Shown: piece by piece, positions 56,545 through 64,000 of the stretch
Layout: the number at the start of each line of letters is the position of its first letter
How positions within the stretch are numbered: position 1 is the first letter of the stretch
From: Candidatus Uhrbacteria bacterium
GTDB lineage: Bacteria; Patescibacteriota; Patescibacteriia; UBA9934; GWF2-40-263
DNA length: 64,000 nt
Assembly: GCA_016219925.1 (NCBI GenBank)
Contig: JACRJU010000010.1
Location: 32,147 to 96,146 of the forward strand
Direction of reading: 5' to 3'
Notes under the pieces: generated by a model
The model's database searches: none
What the model was told of the DNA's origin: nothing
The model's input: only the letters and a program-made list of their open reading frames with translations
Program-made: the position numbers and the translations under genes

Positions 56545-57132
56545 ATGCGTACGCGCGTGATTATTGTTCATGGGTGGGGAGGTTTTCCAGAGGAAGGCTG
56601 GTTCCCTTGGCTGAAACAAACATTGGAACAGAAAGGATATACGGTTGAAGTTCCTCACATGCCTCATCCCGATTCTCCGGAAATTTTCCCGTGGGTTTCA
56701 ACACTCGCTCAAGTGGTTGGAGATATTGATGAGCACACGTTTTTTGTTGGGCATAGTATCGGCTGTCAGACGATTTTGCGTTTTTTGGAATCTCTGCCAG
56801 CGGGTCAGACGGCCGCAGGGGCAGTCTTTGTGGCGCCATGGCTTGCTCTTCAGCATTTAGGTGAAGAAGAAATGGAAATTGCCAAGCCATGGTTGCAGAC
56901 GCAGATTGATCTTGTGAAGGTCTTAGAGCATCTTCCAAAGAGCGCGGCGATTTTTTCTGACAATGATCCGTTTGTTTCTATTGAACAGCAGGATATTTTT
57001 CGTGATGAGCTTCATTCGGAAATTGTAATCGAACACAGGCTTGGACACATGAGCGGAGAGGATGGAGTGTCAGAGCTTCCTTCAGTTTTGGTTCATCTTA
57101 TTTCGTTATTTCCGTTGGAGTCGTCGTCTTGA
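56545..57132 (+). CDS. Alpha/beta hydrolase, YdeN/RBBP9-like serine hydrolase
   Basis: IIVHGWGG and the nucleophile elbow GHSIGC; 195 aa. Confidence 0.65.
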   Translation: MRTRVIIVHGWGGFPEEGWFPWLKQTLEQKGYTVEVPHMPHPDSPEIFPWVSTLAQVVGDIDEHTFFVGHSIGCQTILRFLESLPAGQTAAGAVFVAPWLALQHLGEEEMEIAKPWLQTQIDLVKVLEHLPKSAAIFSDNDPFVSIEQQDIFRDELHSEIVIEHRLGHMSGEDGVSELPSVLVHLISLFPLESSS

Positions 57133-57173
57133 TTTTTTTTTCTTTCGTTGCTATTCTCTTCGCGTTCGCGCAT

Positions 57174-57249
57174 GGCGGCCATGGTGAAACGGTTATCACA
57201 GCAGGTTGTGGTCCTGTCGTTACGGGTTCGATTCCCGTTGGCCGCCCCA
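57174..57249 (+). tRNA. tRNA-His (anticodon GTG) with encoded G-1 and CCA
   Basis: Hand fold: G-1, acceptor GCGGCCA/TGGCCGC, anticodon stem GCAGG/CCTGT with loop TTGTGGT, T arm ACGGG-TTCGATT-CCCGT, discriminator C. Confidence 0.85.
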
Positions 57250-57282
57250 CACAAAACCCCCGGCTTTTGCCTGGGGTTTTGT
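57249..57282 (+). terminator. Terminator hairpin after tRNA-His
   Basis: ACAAAACCCC / GGGGTTTTGT 10-bp stem. Confidence 0.55.
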
Positions 57283-57413
57283 GTGAGAGATAAGAATCGA
57301 ACCCGTAACGACGATCAACAACACGGGTACGATGCTTGAAGTGAGCGAGCGGAGAGGCCGAGCGGAGCTCGGACTATCCCGAGCGAGCGAGAGCAATATG
57401 GGCGCCAGCCCAT

Positions 57414-57434
57414 ATTCCCGTTGGCCGCCCCACA
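57414..57434 (+). repeat. Exact 21-nt direct repeat of the tRNA-His 3' end (T-loop to CCA plus 2 nt)
   Basis: ATTCCCGTTGGCCGCCCCACA occurs at 57231-57251 inside the tRNA and again at 57414-57434. The second copy is embedded in a 63-nt near-perfect palindrome at 57417-57479. Confidence 0.85.
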
Positions 57435-57522
57435 AAATAGACCCCAGCATGCTGGGGTCTATTTTGTTTGGCCAACGGGAGGTGAAGGGGGCATGTCTCT
57501 TTTCTCTTCATTCTATCCACAC

Positions 57523-57551
57523 TTGACACCATTTTTTCCTTCAGGCATACT
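57523..57551 (+). promoter_or_regulatory. Promoter of high-GC cassette E
   Basis: TTGACA (57523-57528), N17, CATACT (57546-57551). Confidence 0.5.
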
Positions 57552-57694
57552 TCTGCGGGTCTGCTTGTGAGGTGGCTATTTCAGCCAAAATTGCAGGCAT
57601 CCCGGCTGGCCGGATAGCCAGAGCCAGGCCAAACCGGATCGGTTTCCGGAAAGGCCAAACACCAGAAGCCCCAATGGGGCAACAGAGGCTACAG

Positions 57695-58732
57695 ATGAGG
57701 AACCTGTTTCAGATCGCGGTGGAGAATCTCGGCATCGAGAAGCGTCGCGTCGACATCAACGGCGTCACCGTCACGGCCATCAAGGGCTCGCCCGACAACA
57801 TCGCGCGGGTCATCGGCACCGCCCTGCGCGAGGAGCAGTACGACCTCAGCAACCTGATCGGCATGGGCATCTCCCGCGACGGGCAGATCCACCTGATCGG
57901 CTTCGACCCGGACAACGGCGGCAAGATCTCCAAGGCCGAGCTGCCCGAGAACGAGCTCGGGGGGCTCTACCTCGACGGCTTCGACTATGCGCACTTCGTC
58001 GGCTCGATGAAGGACGGCATCGTCGTCAGCGCGTTCGCCAAGGGCGTCCAGGCGACCCCGCAGAAGGGCCAGGCGCTGGACACCTTCGTCAAGGCCGTCT
58101 TCGCGGACGGCAACGTCATCGGCGCCGAGGACACCACCAACACGGTGCTGCTCATCGGCCGCAAGGGCGACCGCGTGCTGTTCGCGCTCGACACCGAGAA
58201 GCCGGACCTGTTCATGCAGGTGACGACGCCGCAGATGATCGGCGAGCCGCGCTACGCGCTGGTCGACCAGCAGACGCTGCTCATCGCCGAGGCCGGGACC
58301 GACCAGGTCTACGCCACCACCGCGCAGGAGCTCAAGACGCTCTTCGAGACCGGCGTGGAGCCGACCTGGCAGATGGCCGCGCTCAAGGGCCTCAGGATCG
58401 AGGACATCTCGCTCGGCATCGGCGACACCAACACCGTGATCGTCACCGCCATCCAGGGCCGCCAGCGCAAGCTGATCCCGACCTGGGCCGGCTGGAAGCC
58501 GACCAATGAGGGCGAGCAGAAGTTCCTCATGAACCCCAGCTACGCCGACGGCGTCGAGTCCGGCACGACCGCCCCGATCGTCCGCACCACGAGCAGCACC
58601 TACGTCGCGGTCGACGGCAACGGCGGCACCTTCCCGCGCCTCACCATCGGGACGCCCGAGGACATCAACCACCGCCTCGCGGTCATGGTCAAGAAGGCCG
58701 AGACCGGCGGCTACGCCAACCTGGCCCTGTAG
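57695..58732 (+). CDS. High-GC cassette E: 345-aa soluble protein with repeated beta-strand-like segments; function unknown
   Basis: AGAGG lies 6 nt before ATG 57695 (the listed ORF starts at GTG 57572, and ATG 57674 is also in frame). Codons are almost exclusively ATC, AAG, AAC, TTC, GAC and GAG. A long antisense shadow ORF is present. Confidence 0.55.
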   Translation: MRNLFQIAVENLGIEKRRVDINGVTVTAIKGSPDNIARVIGTALREEQYDLSNLIGMGISRDGQIHLIGFDPDNGGKISKAELPENELGGLYLDGFDYAHFVGSMKDGIVVSAFAKGVQATPQKGQALDTFVKAVFADGNVIGAEDTTNTVLLIGRKGDRVLFALDTEKPDLFMQVTTPQMIGEPRYALVDQQTLLIAEAGTDQVYATTAQELKTLFETGVEPTWQMAALKGLRIEDISLGIGDTNTVIVTAIQGRQRKLIPTWAGWKPTNEGEQKFLMNPSYADGVESGTTAPIVRTTSSTYVAVDGNGGTFPRLTIGTPEDINHRLAVMVKKAETGGYANLAL

Positions 58733-58776
58733 GCCGCCCCCCCACAACGTCAGCGCACACTCGCGCTGACACGCTC

Positions 58777-58822
58777 GCACCGCTTCTCGGAGCTCCTCCT
58801 CCAAGCGGTGCGTTTTTATTTT
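58777..58822 (+). terminator. Intrinsic terminator of cassette E
   Basis: GCACCGCTT / AAGCGGTGC stem followed by GTTTTTATTTT. Preceded by a second hairpin, GTCAGCGC/GCGCTGAC, at 58749-58770. Confidence 0.7.
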
Positions 58823-58881
58823 CTGTCTAGATTTTCGACAACACTTCCCCTTTTTGCATCTGCACGCTAATGTGACACTAT

Positions 58882-59652
58882 ATGCGTATGCATTATTCGC
58901 CCGATGTCATGGCCGGACTTAGGGCTTTCGGACTTGACGAGAAAGATGTCAAAGTCTATTTGGCAGGCCTTGAGCTTGGACCATCGAGTGTGCTTGAACT
59001 TTCGCGCAGAACACAACTCGCTCGCACAACGCTCTATCCGATTCTGGAGCGTCTCGAACGACAAGGGGTCTTTCGTGTTGGGCTTGAGAAAAAAACAACC
59101 CTCTACATCGCCGAGCCCCCAGCGGTACTCCAGCGCCTGTTGGATGAGCGCGAGGGGGCCTTTGCCAAGGCGTTTCCTCTTTTGGAAGGACTGCGAGCTA
59201 CAGCGGACGATGCGCCCGGGGTGACGATCTACGAGGGATCGGATGGATTCAAGCGACTTTGGAAACAACTCCTGCGTAGTGGAGTTAAGGAATATCGATT
59301 GATCACCACCGGCGTTGGGCTCCTTGATTATGTGAAGGAACCGTATCTCATCAAACAAGTGATTGCGGAACGGCTTGAGCGCGGCATCAAAAGCAAGCAA
59401 CTCATCCCCATGAGCCGTGACGCTAAAAAAATTGTCGAAAAAGATCCCTCTGAACTTCGAGAATCTCGATTTTTGCCCGCGGGCACAACCCTCCCAGCAA
59501 CCGTGATCATTTTTGCCGGCAACATCGCCTTTATTACAACCCGAAAAGAAAACACGATGATCGTTCTGACCTCCGGCGATATTGCTCTGACTTACGCAAC
59601 GCTATTTGATTTGATTTGGGATAAGGCCAATCAAAACCATATCGAGTTTTAA
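58882..59652 (+). CDS. TrmB-family transcriptional regulator
   Basis: N-terminal wHTH GLDEKDVKVYLAGLELGPSSVLELSRRTQLARTTLYPILERLERQGV. Confidence 0.7.
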   Translation: MRMHYSPDVMAGLRAFGLDEKDVKVYLAGLELGPSSVLELSRRTQLARTTLYPILERLERQGVFRVGLEKKTTLYIAEPPAVLQRLLDEREGAFAKAFPLLEGLRATADDAPGVTIYEGSDGFKRLWKQLLRSGVKEYRLITTGVGLLDYVKEPYLIKQVIAERLERGIKSKQLIPMSRDAKKIVEKDPSELRESRFLPAGTTLPATVIIFAGNIAFITTRKENTMIVLTSGDIALTYATLFDLIWDKANQNHIEF

Positions 59653-59676
59653 GACGTTTTTTGATACACTCTGGGC

Positions 59677-62325
59677 ATGTCTGAATCGACTCCCCTTTTT
59701 TTGATTCTCGACGGCAATGCGCTTTTGCACCGCGCCTGGCACGCCATCCCCCCTCTGACGACAAAAGACGGGCTGGTTGTGAATGCGGCGTATGGATTTA
59801 CGATGGTGATCGAGAAAATGCGCGAGCAGTTTAAGCCGGATTACATGGCGGTTGCCTGGGATTTGCCAGGCAAGACGTTTCGGCATGAAAAGTTTGAAGC
59901 TTACAAAGCCACGCGCCAGAAAAAAGAACAAGAACTTTATGACCAAATTCCGATCATTCAGAAGATCCTTAAAGCGTTTTACATTCCTTCTTTTGAAGCG
60001 CCGGGGTTTGAGGCGGATGATTTGATCGGGACGCTCTGTGCGAAGGCTGAAAAAAAAGGCTATCGAACTCTTATTGTGACAGGTGATCTGGATGCGCTCC
60101 AGCTGGTTTCAAAAAAAACACAGGTTGTCTTTTTTCAAAAAGGCATTTCCGAAACGAAAACGTATGATGAGCCGGCTGTGCGTGAACGCTATGGCCTGAC
60201 TCCAACTGAACTCATAGATTACAAGGCATTGCGTGGGGATGTCTCGGACAATATTCCGGGCGTTTCTGGCATTGGAGAAAAAACAGCTGGTGCACTTGTT
60301 CAGACCTATGGTTCGCTCAAGGGGATTTTTACGGCGCTAAAAAAAGGAGAGATTGAAGAGAAAGTGGCAAAGAAACTGCGCGGACAGGAAAAGAACGCCG
60401 AGGATTCTCTCGAACTTGTGACGATTGTACGCGATGTTGATGTGCCGTTTCATTTTGATGCGGCCAAGACGCGCCAGCCGGATTGGGAGGCTCTTTTAGA
60501 TCAGTACCGCCAACTGGAATTTCGCACACTTCTTCGCAAGCATACGCAAGATCTTCTCGCGCCACCTCTAAAGACGTCTGGACGGACGACACCACAGGAA
60601 GTTCATATCGTGCGTGAACTTGATGATCTTAAAAACAGTCTTGCTCGAGTTACAACCCCTTGCGGTCTTCTGCTCGCAACACAACAACCAGATCTTTTTG
60701 GAGCGACGCTGGCCGCCTTGGCGTTGAGCGATGGAAAGCAAACCGTTGTTGTTACAAATCCTGCGGACAAACAAATGAAACTCATTGAGGCAAAACTTAA
60801 ATCGTCCAAACTTATCATCACACATGATCTAAAAACCACGTTGCATCAGTGCTCCCTCTTCTCCCCCTTCTTCCCCTTCCCTTCTTCTTTGTTCTTCGAC
60901 ATCATGCTCGCTTCCTATCTTCTCCATTCCGGTTCGCGCGCGCATGATCTTCCGACGATTATTTCTGACCAGCTGAACATCAAATTTCCAGAATTGCCGA
61001 TGGCGTATGCTTCGCAAAAAGATTATGAACGATTAGGTGCAGCTTCTGCCTTATTGCCCAAACTGGCCACAAAACTTCGGGAGGCTCTTCAAGCTTCTCA
61101 CATGGAGACGATTTTTGATGAGATTGAGATGCCGCTTATTCCCGTGCTCTATCGAATGGAACGTCGGGGCATCGAACTTGATACGGATGCACTCGGTCAT
61201 TTTTCCAAGCAATTGAAACAGCGCATTGAAGATTTGGAAAAACAGATCCACACGGCGGCAGGTGAAGATATCAACGTCAACTCCCCACTTCAGCTTGCAC
61301 AGGTTTTGTTTGAGACTCTCAAACTGCCGACCAAAGGAATCAAAAAAACCAAAGCGGGTTTTTCAACGGCGGCTTCCGAGCTGGAGAAACTGTGGGACGC
61401 GCATCCCATCATCCCGCTTATTTCCGAACATCGTGAATTAGCTAAACTTCAGTCGACGTATGTGGAGGCTTTGCCTAAACTGGTAGACCGCGAGGGCCGA
61501 GTGCACACGACGTATCATCAAACCGTGGCCGCCACAGGCCGACTGTCTTCTTCCGATCCCAATTTGCAAAACATTCCGATCAAGACGGAATTGGGGCGCG
61601 AGATTCGAAAAGCGTTTGTGGCGCCTCGGGGCAAACGGCTTTTGAGCGCGGATTATTCACAGATCGAGTTGCGTCTTGCCGCGGTGATTGCCAAGGATCG
61701 TCCGTTCATTGATGCGTTTCGCGATGGAGCGGATATCCATACGCGTACGGCCGCGGAAGTTTTTGAGATTACAGAGGAAGCTGTGACTAAAGAACAGCGT
61801 CGCGCGGCCAAGGCGATCAATTTTGGGATTCTCTATGGGATGGGACCACGTTCCCTTTCACGTTCGACTAACCTGTCTCTTTCACAAGCCAAGGAGTTCA
61901 TTGAACGCTATTTTGAAATTCATTTTGCGATCAAAAATTATTTGGACGAGACCAAAACAAAGGCGCATGTAGATGGATATGTGGAAACGCTTTTCGGACG
62001 GCGCCGCTCGTTTCCAGAGATTCAGTCGGGCGTGCCGATGCTCGTAGCGCAGGCCGAACGCATGGCCATCAATATGCCGATTCAGGGAACGGCTGCGGAC
62101 ATTATGAAAAAAGCGATGCTTTCCGTTGATGGGTGGCTTTCACAAAGCGGCTTGCCCGCGGCGATTCTTCTTCAAGTGCATGATGAGCTTGTCTTGGAGG
62201 TGGAAAAAGAAGCGGTTGAGGCGGTGGGACATGGAGTAAAGGAAATGATGGAAGGTGTGGCCAGTTTTGAGGTGCCGCTTATTGTGGATGTGGAAGTGGG
62301 GACGAATTGGGGAGAGATGAAATAA
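59677..62325 (+). CDS. polA: DNA polymerase I
   Basis: 5'-nuclease domain at the N-terminus. Pol motifs DYSQIELR (A), RRAAKAINFGILYG (B) and QVHDE (C). 882 aa. Confidence 0.95.
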   Translation: MSESTPLFLILDGNALLHRAWHAIPPLTTKDGLVVNAAYGFTMVIEKMREQFKPDYMAVAWDLPGKTFRHEKFEAYKATRQKKEQELYDQIPIIQKILKAFYIPSFEAPGFEADDLIGTLCAKAEKKGYRTLIVTGDLDALQLVSKKTQVVFFQKGISETKTYDEPAVRERYGLTPTELIDYKALRGDVSDNIPGVSGIGEKTAGALVQTYGSLKGIFTALKKGEIEEKVAKKLRGQEKNAEDSLELVTIVRDVDVPFHFDAAKTRQPDWEALLDQYRQLEFRTLLRKHTQDLLAPPLKTSGRTTPQEVHIVRELDDLKNSLARVTTPCGLLLATQQPDLFGATLAALALSDGKQTVVVTNPADKQMKLIEAKLKSSKLIITHDLKTTLHQCSLFSPFFPFPSSLFFDIMLASYLLHSGSRAHDLPTIISDQLNIKFPELPMAYASQKDYERLGAASALLPKLATKLREALQASHMETIFDEIEMPLIPVLYRMERRGIELDTDALGHFSKQLKQRIEDLEKQIHTAAGEDINVNSPLQLAQVLFETLKLPTKGIKKTKAGFSTAASELEKLWDAHPIIPLISEHRELAKLQSTYVEALPKLVDREGRVHTTYHQTVAATGRLSSSDPNLQNIPIKTELGREIRKAFVAPRGKRLLSADYSQIELRLAAVIAKDRPFIDAFRDGADIHTRTAAEVFEITEEAVTKEQRRAAKAINFGILYGMGPRSLSRSTNLSLSQAKEFIERYFEIHFAIKNYLDETKTKAHVDGYVETLFGRRRSFPEIQSGVPMLVAQAERMAINMPIQGTAADIMKKAMLSVDGWLSQSGLPAAILLQVHDELVLEVEKEAVEAVGHGVKEMMEGVASFEVPLIVDVEVGTNWGEMK

Positions 62326-62329
62326 GGGT

Positions 62330-63307
62330 ATGTTGATTTTGATTTATGGCGACGATACCTTTCGAGTGCAAGAAAAAGTGCGCCACATGCGGCAGGCGTT
62401 TTTGGATAAGTTTGATAAGTCCGGGATGAATCTTGCCGAGTTTCCCGTGAAAGGCTCGAGTGCGATTGTGGCGTCAGAGGTTTTGCAAGCCGCTTGTTCC
62501 TATCCTTTTTTATCACCCAAACGCATGGTGATTGTTGAGGGGCTCATCAGCGCAACAAAAAAGGATGAACAATCGGTGTGGGTTCAGGGCTTAGCGCGCA
62601 TTCCGCAGTCAACGATCGTGGTGCTTTGGGAATCTATCGAACCGGCCGCACTGGAGAAGAAACCATTTTTTAAAGAACTTTTGAAAATGGCCGAAGTGCA
62701 CACCTACCCTTTTGTGAACCTTCAAGGTCCAGCTCTTTCAAAATGGGCGAGCGACCGTGTGGGGGCAAGAGGCGCTCGAATGAGTCGAACCGCTTTGCAG
62801 GAGTTGGTGACGCGCGTCGGAGGTGACCTTTGGCGTTTGTCGCAAGAAATTGAAAAGCTCATTGCGTATGCAAGCGGTCAGGAGGTGACCAAAGAAATGG
62901 TTGAGGCACTCGTCGAGGCTTCTTTTGAAGGAAAAATTTTTGAGTTGATGGACGCCATTTCTAAAAGACAACCCGCTCGTGCTTTACAGTTGCTAAAGCA
63001 GGAGCGACTTTCTGGAAATGATGATCACTATGTGCTGACTATGCTCGGACGGCAGGTGCGCATTTTGCTGAGCACCCGCTGTTTCCTGGATGAACATCCG
63101 GGAGCGAATAAAAATCAAGTTGCCGAAGCGATCGGTGTTCATCCTTTTGTGGCGAGCAAAGCCGTTGAACAAGCGCGCTTGTTTTCTTTTGATCATTTAA
63201 GCAAAGCACACGATCTCTTATTCTCGTTTGATCAAAAACTAAAGACCGGTCGCATCAGCGCCGGTCTTGCGGTTGATTTGATCGTCGATCACTTTACGCA
63301 TTCTTGA
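62330..63307 (+). CDS. holA: DNA polymerase III delta subunit
   Basis: 325 aa. MLILIYGDDTF N-terminus and a delta-type helical C-domain. Directly after polA. Confidence 0.7.
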   Translation: MLILIYGDDTFRVQEKVRHMRQAFLDKFDKSGMNLAEFPVKGSSAIVASEVLQAACSYPFLSPKRMVIVEGLISATKKDEQSVWVQGLARIPQSTIVVLWESIEPAALEKKPFFKELLKMAEVHTYPFVNLQGPALSKWASDRVGARGARMSRTALQELVTRVGGDLWRLSQEIEKLIAYASGQEVTKEMVEALVEASFEGKIFELMDAISKRQPARALQLLKQERLSGNDDHYVLTMLGRQVRILLSTRCFLDEHPGANKNQVAEAIGVHPFVASKAVEQARLFSFDHLSKAHDLLFSFDQKLKTGRISAGLAVDLIVDHFTHS

Positions 63308-63563
63308 TTGCGTTGATCTTCTGCATCATGCGCGATTTAAATCGCGCGACAGTATTTTTCTTAAGGACTTTCTTGGCCAGCGCTTTGTCCAGCTTTTTGC
63401 CGACGATGTGGTAAAGCTCGAGAGCTTCTTTTGCCTGCTTCGCGGTGAGCGCTTTGCGCAACTTCACACGCAAGGAGTGGATTTCAGCCTGAACCAATTT
63501 ATTTCGTGTGGCTCGCTGAACACTCTGGCGCAGGGCTTTTTTTGCATTTTGGAGATTTGGCAT
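63294..63563 (-). CDS. rpsT: 30S ribosomal protein S20
   Basis: MPNLQNAKKALRQSVQRATRNKL... Confidence 0.9.
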   Translation of the reverse strand: MPNLQNAKKALRQSVQRATRNKLVQAEIHSLRVKLRKALTAKQAKEALELYHIVGKKLDKALAKKVLKKNTVARFKSRMMQKINAIKNA

Positions 63564-63620
63564 AGAAGTAGATGAACGCGGCTAGTATAAATGAACCAGA
63601 CAAGCTGTCAACCCTTAGGC

Positions 63621-64000
63621 TTATTCTTCAGCGACAACAACCATATCGATTTCGACAGGGTCGAGCTGTTTACCTGATGAACCGTCTGTGATTTTATAGA
63701 TATCCTTATCGATTTTTTTGAGTTCGCTGGATGAGGCCGAGTAGGCCTTTACGGTTGTCTCAAGATGTTTGCCCAAGCGATTATGATGATCTTCGTAGGC
63801 CTTCATATGGCGCATCAGTAATTCGGTGTGTTTTTGAATGTCCTTTACAGATTCCTCAATTTGCAAAGCCTTGAGTCCCAAGATAACAGTTTGAAGATAG
63901 GCAAAAAATGACGTTGGCGAAACTATCATGACATTTTTTTCAAAAGCGTACTCGATCAGATTTCTTGTGTTGACTTTCACCGCGCCGACATCTGCAGAAA
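63621..64000 (-). CDS. rmuC: DNA recombination protein RmuC, C-terminal part (the 5' end lies outside the window)
   Basis: MIVSPTSFFAYLQTVILGLKALQIEE is a typical RmuC core. The frame is open to the window edge. Confidence 0.7.
   Translation of the reverse strand, partial: SADVGAVKVNTRNLIEYAFEKNVMIVSPTSFFAYLQTVILGLKALQIEESVKDIQKHTELLMRHMKAYEDHHNRLGKHLETTVKAYSASSSELKKIDKDIYKITDGSSGKQLDPVEIDMVVVAEE

Noticed and set aside
57689-58804. A 371-aa minus-strand ORF antisense to cassette E.
   Set aside because: It is low complexity (Leu/Gly/Asp/Arg/Ala/Val runs) and runs through the terminator. The plus frame shows the G/C third-position bias expected of the real frame.
51797-58822. Interpreting 51.8-58.8 kb as one integrated prophage or integrative element led by the tyrosine recombinase.
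   Set aside because: There are no capsid, terminase, portal, excisionase or replication genes. The recombinase has the XerC/D-type N-terminal domain. Host-composition housekeeping-type genes and two tRNAs are interleaved. Only the local tRNA-His repeat evidence is retained.

Overview
This 64-kb chromosomal window comes from a streamlined, mid-GC bacterium. Its gene content resembles Patescibacteria/CPR, which is an inference only: tandem two-TM pilin-like genes, an HppA pyrophosphatase pump, many ATGA-coupled operons and near-leaderless TTGACA-N17-TATAAT promoters. The window covers the replication-origin neighbourhood (rpmH-rnpA-yidD, dnaA-dnaN, with DnaA boxes and an AT-rich spacer). It also holds envelope genes (DD-carboxypeptidase, SpoIID-like, Wzx/Wzy-like, PBP1A, LysM-M23, 3D-domain, LspA) and a galU/solute-binding-protein/six-pilin operon. 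Other blocks are a NifS-NifU-ferredoxin-reductase plus YHS/VIT1 iron cluster, a LivFGMHK transporter operon, and housekeeping genes (tig, hppA, rnhB, comM, dksA-like, pnp, rpsO, polA, holA, rpsT, rmuC). There are four tRNAs: Ser-CGA, Cys-GCA, Arg-TCT and His-GTG. I saw no rRNA, CRISPR array, transposase or phage structural gene. The stand-out signal is five sharply bounded high-GC, GC3-saturated cassettes at about 12.36-14.15, 15.54-17.73, 52.75-53.2, 54.2-55.26 and 57.5-58.8 kb. They encode a lipoprotein, a secreted coiled-coil protein, a 666-aa polytopic membrane protein, a WCAPC thioredoxin, an MBL-fold hydrolase and a beta-rich unknown protein. Each has its own intrinsic terminator. Four of the five (all but the MBL cassette) have a recognisable promoter in the same dialect as host genes. 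One cassette sits beside tRNA-His, whose 3' end is duplicated in att-site fashion. Natural foreign acquisition, assembly chimerism and an artificial construct cannot be told apart from sequence alone. Secondary observations are three unclassified structured non-coding regions, twin perfect DnaA boxes 10 kb from dnaA, an in-frame TGA in a CaCA antiporter gene, and several unusual operon insertions.
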